Shown piece by piece: positions 24,599-34,888 of a stretch of 64,000 nt of DNA (positions are counted from its first letter, which is position 1; each line of letters opens with the position of its first letter). Location: the NCBI GenBank assembly GCA_048013815.1, contig CM106586.1, positions 10,912,001 through 10,976,000 of the forward strand. The letters are read 5' to 3'. The notes under the pieces are model-generated. The model saw only the letters and a program-made list of their open reading frames with translations, was not told where the DNA came from and searched no databases. A program made the translations under genes and the position numbers. This DNA comes from Setoptus koraiensis (taxonomy: Eukaryota > Animalia > Arthropoda).

Positions 24599-25202
24599 CG
24601 ACATGGTGACACCGGCATATTAAAATTAAAGCTGCAAAGTTGTGTCAATCAATCCTAATATGATGGCTATAGAATACTCTCAAAAGATTATTTGTCCCCC
24701 ACATACGACAGCATTCAAAACAATTGTTCACCATTGGTAATTTCAACGGCATGCCTCTCCACCGGTTGGTTTGCCTTTGCTAGGAAATTGATACAAGCCG
24801 ATAACGAGACGCTATTGACGACGCATTGGAACCCTTAGCAACATCCTACACCAATTAAACCCGTTACCCGAAAAGTTGTTTCGTGATTCATGCGGGCAGC
24901 CTCAATCGATTTTAACGCATCAAGTTGACTTGCATCGATTTCCGTCGTGTAATGTGCTAGGTTAGTCCTGGCCACTAAATTCATCCAGCCGAATGAATTT
25001 GGTGTTGCAGTTGTTTTATTTGTGGTAGTTGTTGCATTTGGTATTGTTTTCATCGCAAAAAACAGTGTGAGCAGAAAAAATGGGCGTCTACCGTATATTT
25101 TCGTGTTTAATCACTCGTTTGTCGTTAGCAATTTTTATTATCGTCACGATGATATCGTGTCAGTCTAGTTTTGTCGTTGCTGGTTGAAACATGATCATGC
25201 CA

Positions 25203-25247
25203 TTTTTTTTTTTTTTTTTTTTTTGAGATAAAAGGAGACTTTTTATT
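25203..25247 (-). terminator. AATAAA signal followed 17 nt later by genomic A22 (IMMP2L 3' end)
   Basis: Plus-strand TTTATT at 25242-25247 and T22 at 25203-25224, ~110-155 nt downstream of the IMMP2L stop. Confidence 0.7.
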
Positions 25248-25357
25248 GAGACCTGCGCAAATTCGGCCACAAGACGGCGTAGCACGGCAGGTATATATTG
25301 ATGGCGCGGGTATGCCCGGGATATGCGAGATGGATAGGGTATTATTGGCTTGGGCGT

Positions 25358-26104
25358 TCAGCCGCGCTTTTGCGGCTTGCCGATTGGCTCGTCCGGGGGA
25401 TCGTCTCGATAGGGGCTGACTGGAGTTGTTTTGAGTGACTTGAAGGGCGCCATAGGGTCGCGTTTCACGGGACCAATCCTGTCGGGCGGCCACACCACAT
25501 AGGAGGCGCGTGCTGTTATGAGACCAAGCGGAACCTGTCCGAAGAGACTCGAGTCTTCGCGCTGGACGCTCAATGGCAGTTGATTGTCGCTTTCGACCCA
25601 ACAGTGACCGGCATCGATGGTGACGGTCCTGGCCTCCTGGACGAGATGTACGGTGTCGCCGGGCAACGCGATCACTCTTTTGATAAGACGGGCCTCGGGC
25701 CTCCTGGGTGAGATTAGTATAACGACATCTCCGATGTTTATCTTGGATTTATCTTTTATTGACCACCTGTTGAATAATACCCGATCGTGTCTAAATTGAA
25801 TGTTGCGTTTACGTTCATTGCCCATCAGATGTGGCAGGCTTTCTGGCAACCACGATGACATGGCAAAAGTTTTCTTCAAGCTTGATAGAAGGTTTGAGCG
25901 TTCGTTCGTTTTCTCAATTTCGCTGGCAGGCGGGGGTGTTTGATGGATCCATATGTCTGGCAGATGTTTATTGAAGGTGGGTTGCATTGACGTGCCAACG
26001 ATTTCGCCAACAAATCCGATCTCATTGAGAAAGTTGATTGTTGCGCTCGAGGCCAGCGCAATAGCCAATACAAGATCTTTGTTTGAATTGGCCCATTGCT
26101 TCAT
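25358..26104 (-). CDS. IMMP2L: Mitochondrial inner membrane peptidase subunit 2 (S26); intronless, 248 aa
   Basis: Catalytic Ser box GTSMQPTFN, Lys box LIKRVIALPGD, GHCWVE, DSSLFGQVPLGL, VWPP. Confidence 0.88.
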   Translation of the reverse strand: MKQWANSNKDLVLAIALASSATINFLNEIGFVGEIVGTSMQPTFNKHLPDIWIHQTPPPASEIEKTNERSNLLSSLKKTFAMSSWLPESLPHLMGNERKRNIQFRHDRVLFNRWSIKDKSKINIGDVVILISPRRPEARLIKRVIALPGDTVHLVQEARTVTIDAGHCWVESDNQLPLSVQREDSSLFGQVPLGLITARASYVVWPPDRIGPVKRDPMAPFKSLKTTPVSPYRDDPPDEPIGKPQKRG

Positions 26105-26727
26105 CTCGGCCCATGGTCTGCCTTTCTGAACCTAGATAGTTTTGTATTACTGTAGGCCGATAATATCGTCGATCCGTTTAATGAGTGATTTAAGTGTTGA
26201 TGATAATTAATAATTGTCACCGTTCTGCAATGACCATGTGACAACGATAATAAGCAACAAAACAATGAAAACAAAAAAAAAAGCACATTCGCTCACATAG
26301 ACGGATGGACGCGAGGTGGCGCCGTAACTACTGGCAGCCAATAGGTGGTGTGCACTGCGCAGCAGTGATGCGGGCAGGGTCGAGCTCCTTGGGCATGCCC
26401 ACGATGCCGATTTTCTGGAATAAATTCTTGGTAAATATGTGAAATACTGTCGGTTTTCATGGTTTTAGTTTAAGAAATCAATTAGTTCTTCGTCATCAAT
26501 GTCTCATCTAACTTTAATCATCTAATTAGTTCGTGATTGTCTTTATCCCGTCTTAGTTCAATTGAGCTCAATGTCCGCCCCACTCAATGGGCATGTCCAA
26601 CCGCTCATAGTCGGGTGATTCGTTTAAACACTTCCAGGTGACACCTCGCGGCCATGTTAGGATATATCAAATGTCGATGCTTGCTAGAAAAATATAAACA
26701 GCGTTAACTGATGGGTCTCTTCCCCGC

Positions 26728-27474
26728 ATGACCATTTCACCCAAGATGTCATCGTCATCAGCAGAGGAGTATACTGTTGAGAAGATCATCAAGAAACGTT
26801 ATAATTCTAGGAAGAAATATAACGAATATCTTCTGAAATGGGTTGGTTATGGACATGAAGATAACACATGGGAGCCCGAGCACAATCTCGATTGTCCGAA
26901 ACTATTCGAAGAGTTCAAAAAGCAAGAAGAGCTCGAGAGGCAAGAAGAGCTCAAGAGGCAAGAAGAGCTCAAGAGGCAAGAAGAGCCCAAGAAAAAAGGG
27001 TCAACATCGAGCAAAACCAGCACACCAACATTGCCACGTATTGTTGTGCCTTTTGGCGACAACAAAACTAGCAGCAACAACAACAACAACATCAACAACA
27101 ATGACGATTCACACTTACCCCAAGCCCCGGTCAGTATTCTTAAGCCGGCTACATTATCTGCCTCTGTCGACAACATCAACGCGCCAAATACATGCGGTGG
27201 CGATAGCGTCAACGCTAGCGCACTTCGAGTCGACAGTGAGGAAGATGATGAAGATTCAGTAGAAAAAATTCTTTCTGAACTGGACAGTAATCACAAACCC
27301 GATAAGATAATCGGCGCTACCCGAAACTTAGATAATATTTCCTTCTTGGTGAAATGGAAGGACACTAGTGAGGCCGATCTCATAAGTCATAGGGTCGCTA
27401 GAATAGCATGCCCGCAAACAGTCATTGAGTTCTACGAAAATAATATCCGCTGGAATGATTCGGAATATGAGTAA
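26728..27474 (+). CDS. HP1: HP1-family protein (chromo + chromoshadow domain); intronless, start 26728 or 26746
   Basis: Chromodomain EYTVEKII...[24 protein letters not shown] and chromoshadow PDKIIGAT...FLVKWK...[15 protein letters not shown]. Confidence 0.92.
   Translation: MTISPKMSSSSAEEYTVEKIIKKRYNSRKKYNEYLLKWVGYGHEDNTWEPEHNLDCPKLFEEFKKQEELERQEELKRQEELKRQEEPKKKGSTSSKTSTPTLPRIVVPFGDNKTSSNNNNNINNNDDSHLPQAPVSILKPATLSASVDNINAPNTCGGDSVNASALRVDSEEDDEDSVEKILSELDSNHKPDKIIGATRNLDNISFLVKWKDTSEADLISHRVARIACPQTVIEFYENNIRWNDSEYE
26923..26994 (+). repeat. 4 x 18-bp coding tandem repeat in the HP1 hinge ([24 protein letters not shown])
   Basis: CAAGAAGAGCTC(G/A)AGAGG units. Confidence 0.9.
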
Positions 27475-27657
27475 TGAGATTCTCATTTGATGTTATCTAT
27501 AAATGTTAAAGTGCGTTAGAATACATTAAAATTAAGTGTCGCCTGCCTGGAGATTTCGTCGTCATGTGAATTTTCAGCAGAATATAGCTTTATTAATACC
27601 GTTGATTTGATTTTCTAACGGGTTAGTCATTAAATTTTGCACTGGGTTGTCTAGATT

Positions 27658-28084
27658 TAGTGATGGGGGGAGATCTCCCGCCACGGGAGAAATTTCTCCC
27701 GCCCAGGGAGAATTCTCCCGGGAGATTTTCTCCCTGGGAGCCTCCCGGGCTCTCCCGCTCCCGCGGATCTCCCGAGTCTCCCAAATGTCCCGTTTTTGAA
27801 AAATTTATCGAAACACTCTTTGCTTGGCTGAGCATTTTCTGGCGCTCGAGGCGCTCCTGGCGGAGAAGAAAGCAAGCTTCCATAGTCAAAAACGCACACG
27901 GGAGGTTTGGGAGAAATTCGGGAGGTTTGGGAAGAATTTGGGAGATTCGGGAGAGGATTGGGACATTCGGGAGACTCGGGAGATCCGCGGGAGCGGGAGA
28001 GCCCGGGAGGCTCCCATGGGTGAATCTCCCGGGGAGCGGGAGATGTTCTCCCATGGGCGGGAGATCGATCTCCCCCCATCACTA
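27658..28084. mobile_element. hAT-type MITE, 427 bp, 8-bp TSD TCTAGATT
   Basis: Termini TAGTGATGGG...CCCATCACTA, long imperfect TIRs packed with GGGAG/CTCCC motifs, identical 8-mers at 27650-27657 and 28085-28092. Confidence 0.92.
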
Positions 28085-28361
28085 TCTAGATTGAATCTTT
28101 TGAATCTCGCGGTTGTGGGTAAAAAACACGTGTCAATGGGTTAGATAATCAATTAGGTAATTATCGATACAGTGAAACTGGCTGAACGGCCACAAATTTC
28201 AATTCAGTGGATGGCGCACTCTTTGAACATCAAAAAGAAAGACCCTATTGGAATAAACTATGCACTTTGAACTTTATTCACCGTTCATGTAGACCCCCAA
28301 TGACATAGAGTTGTCAAACAAATTACAAACTTTGTTAAATATCTCACAATATCATCAATGA

Positions 28362-28902
28362 CAAGGGGTTGTCTCATTTTGGGGTATTTTTATTTTTGGT
28401 CTTCGATTCTTGAAAATAGGGTATGGTTGGAAAGATCTCTCTCCGGTGGAGCCAGAAATCTGGTTTATTTCTGTTTCTGGTTTTTCGTTCACCAGACACG
28501 CCCAACTTTGAGGCCTCTTTTCAACCCGAGAGAGCTGAGATACAAGGCTAATTTCGGCTCTAAACGACGTCTTTTTCAGTGAACTATAAGGTGAAATAAA
28601 AAAATAGTGAGAAAAGTCGCGCAGTCTTGGTTAAAATTACGAAAAACCTAGAATACCGGGGTCAAGATTTTCTCAAAAATGTGCCTTATATTGTGAAAAT
28701 TGCATGTCGTTCTACGAGACTTTTCACAAAATAGTGCGCTTATGCGTTAATTTATAAAAATTACGCGCGCTGAGATGGAGCTTTTCATTAAATAGTGCGA
28801 TCGCTGAAGATGTGGATGGATAGAGAGATCTTTCCAACCATACCCTATTTTCAAGAATCGAAGACCAAAAATGAAAACACCCCGAAATGAGACAACCCCT
28901 TG
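28362..28902. mobile_element. Second MITE, 541 bp, ~80-bp TIRs (CAAGGGGTTGTCTCA...)
   Basis: Inverted match 28362-28445 vs ~28822-28902. It interrupts the transposase relic. No TSD evident. Confidence 0.8.
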
Positions 28903-29267
28903 GGCCATCATCGGCTTGTTTGTAGCCCGCTTTATGCCAACAATTTTGGGCTCATGTAACACTTACTTTTGACCAGGCTTGTTCAATCCAAACTGTAGCA
29001 TTGTATAAGTTGAAACTCTTTTCAACTCCTTTCAAACATTTTTTTTTCACTATAGAAATTGTATATGTGTCTCATCAATAGTGCAACATAGTGTACTTTG
29101 AATGTTTTAATTACACCCTGATCGAGGGCTTGTACTTTTGTAGTTGTCCTGGGTGGCGAAAATTTAAAGTGAATACGTGGGTATAAGTTGAAATCAATTT
29201 TGTGACCCTCAAAATTGTCACACACTAGAACGATGTGGTCCTGGTAACTGTATCGATAACTTGTCAA
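28903..29267 (-). pseudogene. pogo/Tigger DDE_1 transposase relic
   Basis: IVLVCDNFEGH...FSPPRTTTKVQALDQGVIKTFKVHY, then after a frameshift FNLYNATVWIEQAWSKVSVT*AQNCWHKAG. This matches the family pattern LLLDN..H / LPPNTTS.LQP.DQG.I..FK..Y / AW..V....I.NCW.KAG. Confidence 0.88.
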
Positions 29268-31561
29268 TCTCTAGGATCAAATATTGTATCCGTACAATTG
29301 ACCCAGATGTGGTGCGCCGTACTTTCGGCTCTTGTAAAAAGAGGGTCCGATTGTGCTCAAGGCAAAGTCCCCTTGCAGCAATCCATTGATTGATTATCAA
29401 AACAGTTCTCATTTGAACCTATTCGCGAAAAATTTATAATTCAACTTGATCTCTCGCAAAAGATATGATTGAAACAACCCAGTGCAAAATTTAATGACTA
29501 ACCCGTTATGAGGTTGACTATTTGTCCACAAGATGAATCCTCAACTGTTCTAGAGTCCCTACAAGATAGATGGGTGACATGTGAAACTTGTTGGCGCAAT
29601 TTTCTATGGAAATTGATGAATAAAATTGATTCTATTCAATCTCTGGCTCATCATGATTTTTTCCTCAACGCAGCCGTCGACGTCAAGACTCAAGCTCTAT
29701 TCCTTGGTCGAATTTTCGATCCACCTCCCATATTCACCAGGCTGGTGAAAGGTCACCCCCGGGTTAAGCAATCCATCCCATCTTCTTGATTTCTATAATA
29801 GCATCGTGTGTGGATCGAACGTTTGCTCCGAGGAAATCTTTATCCACTAGTTATTAACTGTTAGGATGACTCCACCGTAAGAGTTTCCCCTTCGTGGTAG
29901 GAGCTCTCTGCTCGGCATTACGACAACCTTCCAGATGTAAATTTTGGCGGAAAGTTACACGAAGTCCAGACTTCCACTACTCTCTGCCAGAGAGTATACC
30001 AGACTTGCCGTTTCTGGCTTCACGATTCCGGGGAAACGAAATAACAGTTGAAAGCGATTCAAACTATAAAGTATTTACCGGAACTTTATTCGCAAAACAA
30101 TAATGTCGCCACAATTCGATCGTTTAAAGCTCGAAATTCGCGCCTTCTAACAGAGTCAACAGCTGGCCTTAGACTCCTACGACATTCGCAGAAACAAGAG
30201 AAACTGCGATGCATCTGCTATCCTTACGCTGATGTGTCACATATTTCAGGTTTTTTGTTGTTATTACTATTATTATTATTTTATTATTATTATCATTTCT
30301 ACTACTACTACACAGTTATTAGTTGATCAAATTCTCATCAATTTCTTCGCTAATTCATCACTATTATATCACATCTCTATCTCTCCCAATCGCGATTCCA
30401 TTCATTGGACTTGAGTCATATTAATTAAGCATGCATAGGTGAGAGTATCAAATATATGGACACGACAAGACGAAAAGGTTTACTGCAACGTTCTGGTTAA
30501 ATGGCCAGCAAGGAATAACATACTTATTGTTCTAGGACATTTCTAATATCGTAATTATCAGAGTCAAGAGAAACATGAACTCCAGTCACCGCTGATCGCA
30601 CATCTGTTACTTAGCACACAAGATTCAGAAACATAGTCCAACAAGCGATCAATACATCTTATCATGAGTCATCAAAACTATTAGTTTCACGCTATCATAT
30701 TGTAAGAATATAAGCATGCTAAAATGTTCATAATATAGACTTAAACATTGAGCTTAATCTCCGATCCTCTGATAGCTTAAAATAGCTGGTCCAAATTACT
30801 GAGCACAAGGCCAGAGACTCCAACTAAAAATATCCACGATAACTCGCGGCTTTAGATACAAGCTGAGCAAATCAAAAACAACATCAACAATATTTTTGCT
30901 TTTGGAAAGTCTCTACGATCAAAGGATTTTCGAGAAAAACAAGAAGAAGAAAAGCCTCAACTACATCATCCCGATATATTCTGCACAACGGTAAATCCAC
31001 CAATCTATTCTTCATACATCTATATCAAAAACAGCAACTAGACGTTGCTTTTCTTCAGGACTAGCCAACATTCTATTGGTCATAAACGTTATTTTAGTTA
31101 TACGTGATAGATGCTAATTAGAAAACTATCATAATCAAATATAAGAAACAGAAATAATAAAAGCAACAGACAAGATCCATCGCGATTAGTTCAGTTTTGC
31201 AGGCGCCACCCAGTAGAAGTACATTAGTATAGTCGGCAGTATAACAGCAAGTTGACTCGCATTCATCAGCATTCATAAATGATGAATTTTCCATAAGCAT
31301 CCATCCAAGTCTTCCACCACCTGCACATAGAAAAATAATATTATTTGTTGCGTCATCATTTAAAACATTGGAGTTGATAATATAGTATTCAATAGCAATA
31401 ACATACAAACTTATAGTAACTTCTTTGAACAACAAATATAAAAGACCGCCCCATTTTATATAAAGCAAGTTCCGAACAAAGCAGGTTCGTCAGGATTGGA
31501 ATATAACACCACACCACAATTAGATTATCTCAATCAAATCTATTACAAACAAGATATAAGG

Positions 31562-31936
31562 ATGGCCGAAGGAGACGGTTTCGGTGGTGAAAATGTGTGC
31601 AACATTGTAGCATCTTTTGTCAATCAACGCGAAAGCATGCAAAGGTTACTAGCTTTCCTCAGCTCCTCCCAAGAGATTTGCTCTGATACCAACTGCATAG
31701 ATGAATTCTCAGACTTGTCGAGCCAGACTGGCGGACCATTGTCCGCTGGCCCATCGGATGCTATAACGGACTCTTTCGCTTTCGTTCTATTTTTAGTTCT
31801 TGCTATTTTAACATTATTATTCATGGGCATGGGTAGAAATGCTCCCTTACAAGAGGGTAAGCGTAACAATGACCGCCGAGGCCCCGAAGACAATAGTGAT
31901 AGACGCAATGATGACAATCAACAGAGACTATTATGA
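31562..31936 (+). CDS. SMIM14: Small integral membrane protein 14 (DUF2615); intronless, 124 aa
   Basis: MAEGDGF...C...MQRLLAFLSSSQEICSDTNC followed by one TM helix. Confidence 0.8.
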   Translation: MAEGDGFGGENVCNIVASFVNQRESMQRLLAFLSSSQEICSDTNCIDEFSDLSSQTGGPLSAGPSDAITDSFAFVLFLVLAILTLLFMGMGRNAPLQEGKRNNDRRGPEDNSDRRNDDNQQRLL

Positions 31937-32527
31937 AATTTCAATTGATTTAAATCAGTATCAATATAAAATAATATGTCGCTGTAATAAATTATCTGGA
32001 ATGAAACAACCCTAACACGACGAGAACCCACAACAAGTGTACATTCCAAATGCGCTTGTTAGGAGGATACACCCACATGAACATTTCTAATAATAATATC
32101 AAGATTTCTATAGTCACTATCAGTTAAGATTGGCTTGGAGTGTGGAAAGTTCCAAGATTGAAAACACTATGCCAGTAGATAAAGGCCTATAATTATTCAA
32201 CAAACATTAATTCTCATTACTTTCGCTTTTTGCCATTCATTCGTGGTTTCGCTTGCACGCTTATCCTTCATGAAAGTCTCTTGATGTTGAATAGAAATGA
32301 GAGAAACTACTCTCTGGGAGGAATATCTCACCCGATCACTAACTAAAGATTGGCGTTCAAACTTTGCGCGTAATACCAGAGCATGATTTCTGGCAAGCTG
32401 ACAACGGCTTTGTAAGAATGGTGGCGTACATTTAATTGAAAATCTTGTTTACTTTTTCTCCAAAATAGTGCAGGCGTCTGATTCAACAAATCACTGCTAT
32501 TATCCACTCTATAAGACATCTCCAAAT

Positions 32528-33401
32528 ATGCCCCGTGCCAGGAGGCCGCCCAAGAATGGTCATGCATTCAAAAGAATGATGAAAACATCGCTGACTTTGG
32601 GTGAAACAGAAGATTATGAATCATCGTTAGCAAAATCTTTCGAAAACGAATTGAACGTTTCCAGTTCGACTGATGAAGAGGACAACGAACCCGAAATAAC
32701 TATGAGAATTGCCATGTGGGACGTTGGCCAATGCGACCCAAAAAAATGTACCGGTCGCAAACTCGCCAGACACGGGCTCATCGAATCTCTCAGATTAGGA
32801 ACTAGATTTAACGGTATAATTTTATCGCCAATGGCCACTAAATGTGTTTCGCCAGATGATGTCGAAATAATCAGCGAACACGGTATAGCTGTGATAGACT
32901 GCTCGTGGGCAAAGATAAACGAGACACCTTTCAACAAAATGCGTGGCAAACATCTCAGATTATTACCCTATCTCGTGGCAAGTAATCCTGTCAATTATGG
33001 AAAACCGTGTCAATTGAGCTGTGTTGAAGCTGTTGCTGCTACTTTGAGACTGTCTGGTTTCAAAGAGGAATGCGATTTTTACCTAAACAAATTCAAATGG
33101 GGACCAACATTCATCACACTTAATCAGTGAGTTTATGACATTACTAAATAGATTGGCGATGCTCTCGATATCCCATCAACCATAATTAATTAATTTCTTT
33201 ACTTTGTTCTTTTTAACCCTTACTGAACCCATGTTAATTAATCAAACTTCTTTTAGGGAACTTTTTGACTCCTATGAGCAGTGTAAAAACGGAGATGATA
33301 TTATTGCCGCACAAAACAAATACATAGATGATTGTAAGAATGAAATTGAGACAAGTCATAATATAGATGCTGAAGATGACTTAGAACAACTGAGCCAGTA
33401 G
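32528..33401 (+). CDS. TSR3: 18S rRNA aminocarboxypropyltransferase; 2 exons (32528-33126, 33257-33401), 247 aa
   Basis: [62 protein letters not shown]|ELF. GT-AG intron of 130 nt. Confidence 0.95.
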
Positions 33402-33440
33402 ATTAGTTTATTTTTTTTCTCTATCAACTGGAATCGAGCA

Positions 33441-34292
33441 CTAGCGCTTGTAACCATAATGGATAGCTGAGACACCTTGCAATAAACTTTCGTATCCAGC
33501 ATAAGTGAAGCCGGCCTCCTTTATCATCTGCTTGAAGTCCTCCTGATTGGGAAAATTCAATATGCTTTCTGCTAGATACTTATAGGACTTATAGTCACCA
33601 ACAACTATTTCGCCCATGACTGGTATAACTTCTAAAAGGTATTTCTCATAAGGTGCTTTCAATATTGGATTTGTAACTTGACTGAATTCCAGGCACGCAA
33701 ACAGACCTCCACTTTTGAGAACTCTATGAGATTCTCTTAGAGCTTTTTCTATATCAACTACGTTTCTGATTCCGTAGGCTATTGTGTAAAGATGAAAAGA
33801 CTCGTCTTCAAACGGGAGCTCTTGAGCATCTCCCACTGTCCAGGCGAGACGATCGAGATCGCATTGAGGCAACATTTGTAGCGATCGTTGCTTGCCAGTT
33901 TCTAGCATATCTTCGTTGATATCCACGATGGTTGCCTCTGATATAAGATCATTGTTTTCACGTGTTTTCTCTAGAAATTTAAATGCGATATCCCCCGTGC
34001 CTCCGGCTACGTCTATCATTTTAGTGCCTTTGATTGGATCGATCTTGTCAATCAGATATTGTTTCCAACATCTGTGTAGGTAACCACTCATTAGGTCATT
34101 CATGAGGTCATATTTGGAGGCCACATTTGAGAATACTCCCTTGACAAAATTCTCCTTTTCCTCTGGGGGTGGCAACGAATGGTTCAGGTATCTCACCAGA
34201 TGATTTTGGCGAGCAGTGTGAGGCCGAATGAGTTGGGTGCCTGTCTGGCACAATAGATGTCTTGCTCTGGACAACACTCTAGGTAAGGCCAT
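33441..34292 (-). CDS. COQ5: Ubiquinone biosynthesis C-methyltransferase COQ5; intronless, 283 aa
   Basis: VFSNVASKYDLMNDLMS, motif I IDVAGGTGD, GDAQELPF, YGIRNV, SYKYLAESI. ATG at 34292 begins a presequence-like N-terminus. Confidence 0.96.
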   Translation of the reverse strand: MALPRVLSRARHLLCQTGTQLIRPHTARQNHLVRYLNHSLPPPEEKENFVKGVFSNVASKYDLMNDLMSGYLHRCWKQYLIDKIDPIKGTKMIDVAGGTGDIAFKFLEKTRENNDLISEATIVDINEDMLETGKQRSLQMLPQCDLDRLAWTVGDAQELPFEDESFHLYTIAYGIRNVVDIEKALRESHRVLKSGGLFACLEFSQVTNPILKAPYEKYLLEVIPVMGEIVVGDYKSYKYLAESILNFPNQEDFKQMIKEAGFTYAGYESLLQGVSAIHYGYKR

Positions 34293-34888
34293 GCTGGCGG
34301 CAGTTTCTTTTTTCACTATGAATGAAAAAACTCAATTTAAATACAACTTATCCAAATACAATAATGTGTTTGGAAAAACATGCTAATTTTCGTGATACAG
34401 TGTGTCTGCTGAAAAATATCTCTTAAAATAAGTATGTAAGGACGGGTTGGGAGATGACCCCCTGTATAAACAAACAAAATCATATGGCTAGCAAACTTTG
34501 AAACCGTGCAGGGTGTTACAATCTACCCGGGGCTCTGCCTAGAATCTTGCATCGCACACAAGCACAGAACGTTCAGCAGATTCACATGAGCTGATCATAT
34601 TAAGGTTCATGTTTGCTCAATCGATGGAGTGAGAATGTTCGACACGGACTGTGCTCGTGCACGGTCTGTGCGGAAATACAAAAGTTGCATTGCTGCAATG
34701 ATGCTTCATGTCGACACCCTGTACATCAATACTGGTGGTGTTGCATCTGAGGATTACTGTCGGAAACAGCAAGTAAATAACACCGTTGCAACAATACTAT
34801 TAGCCAAGTCCTGTGAGAGTTGGCATACATTCCAGGATTATACATTCCAGAATTACCCAGGCAACACAATTGAAAATTTGTGATCAAA

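Larger units (their letters stand above)
27618..29506 (-). mobile_element. Internally deleted pogo/Tigger (Tc1/mariner superfamily) element with TA flanks, host of two nested MITEs
   Basis: A perfect 35-bp inverted repeat (TAACGGGTTAGTCATTAAATTTTGCACTGGGTTGT) at 27616-27650 and 29474-29508, each ending in TA, encloses a DDE_1 transposase relic. Confidence 0.75.

Noticed and set aside
27623-28144. Four 100-144-aa ORFs on both strands
   Set aside because: Artefacts of the GC-rich palindromic MITE. The mirror-image peptides reflect the TIRs.
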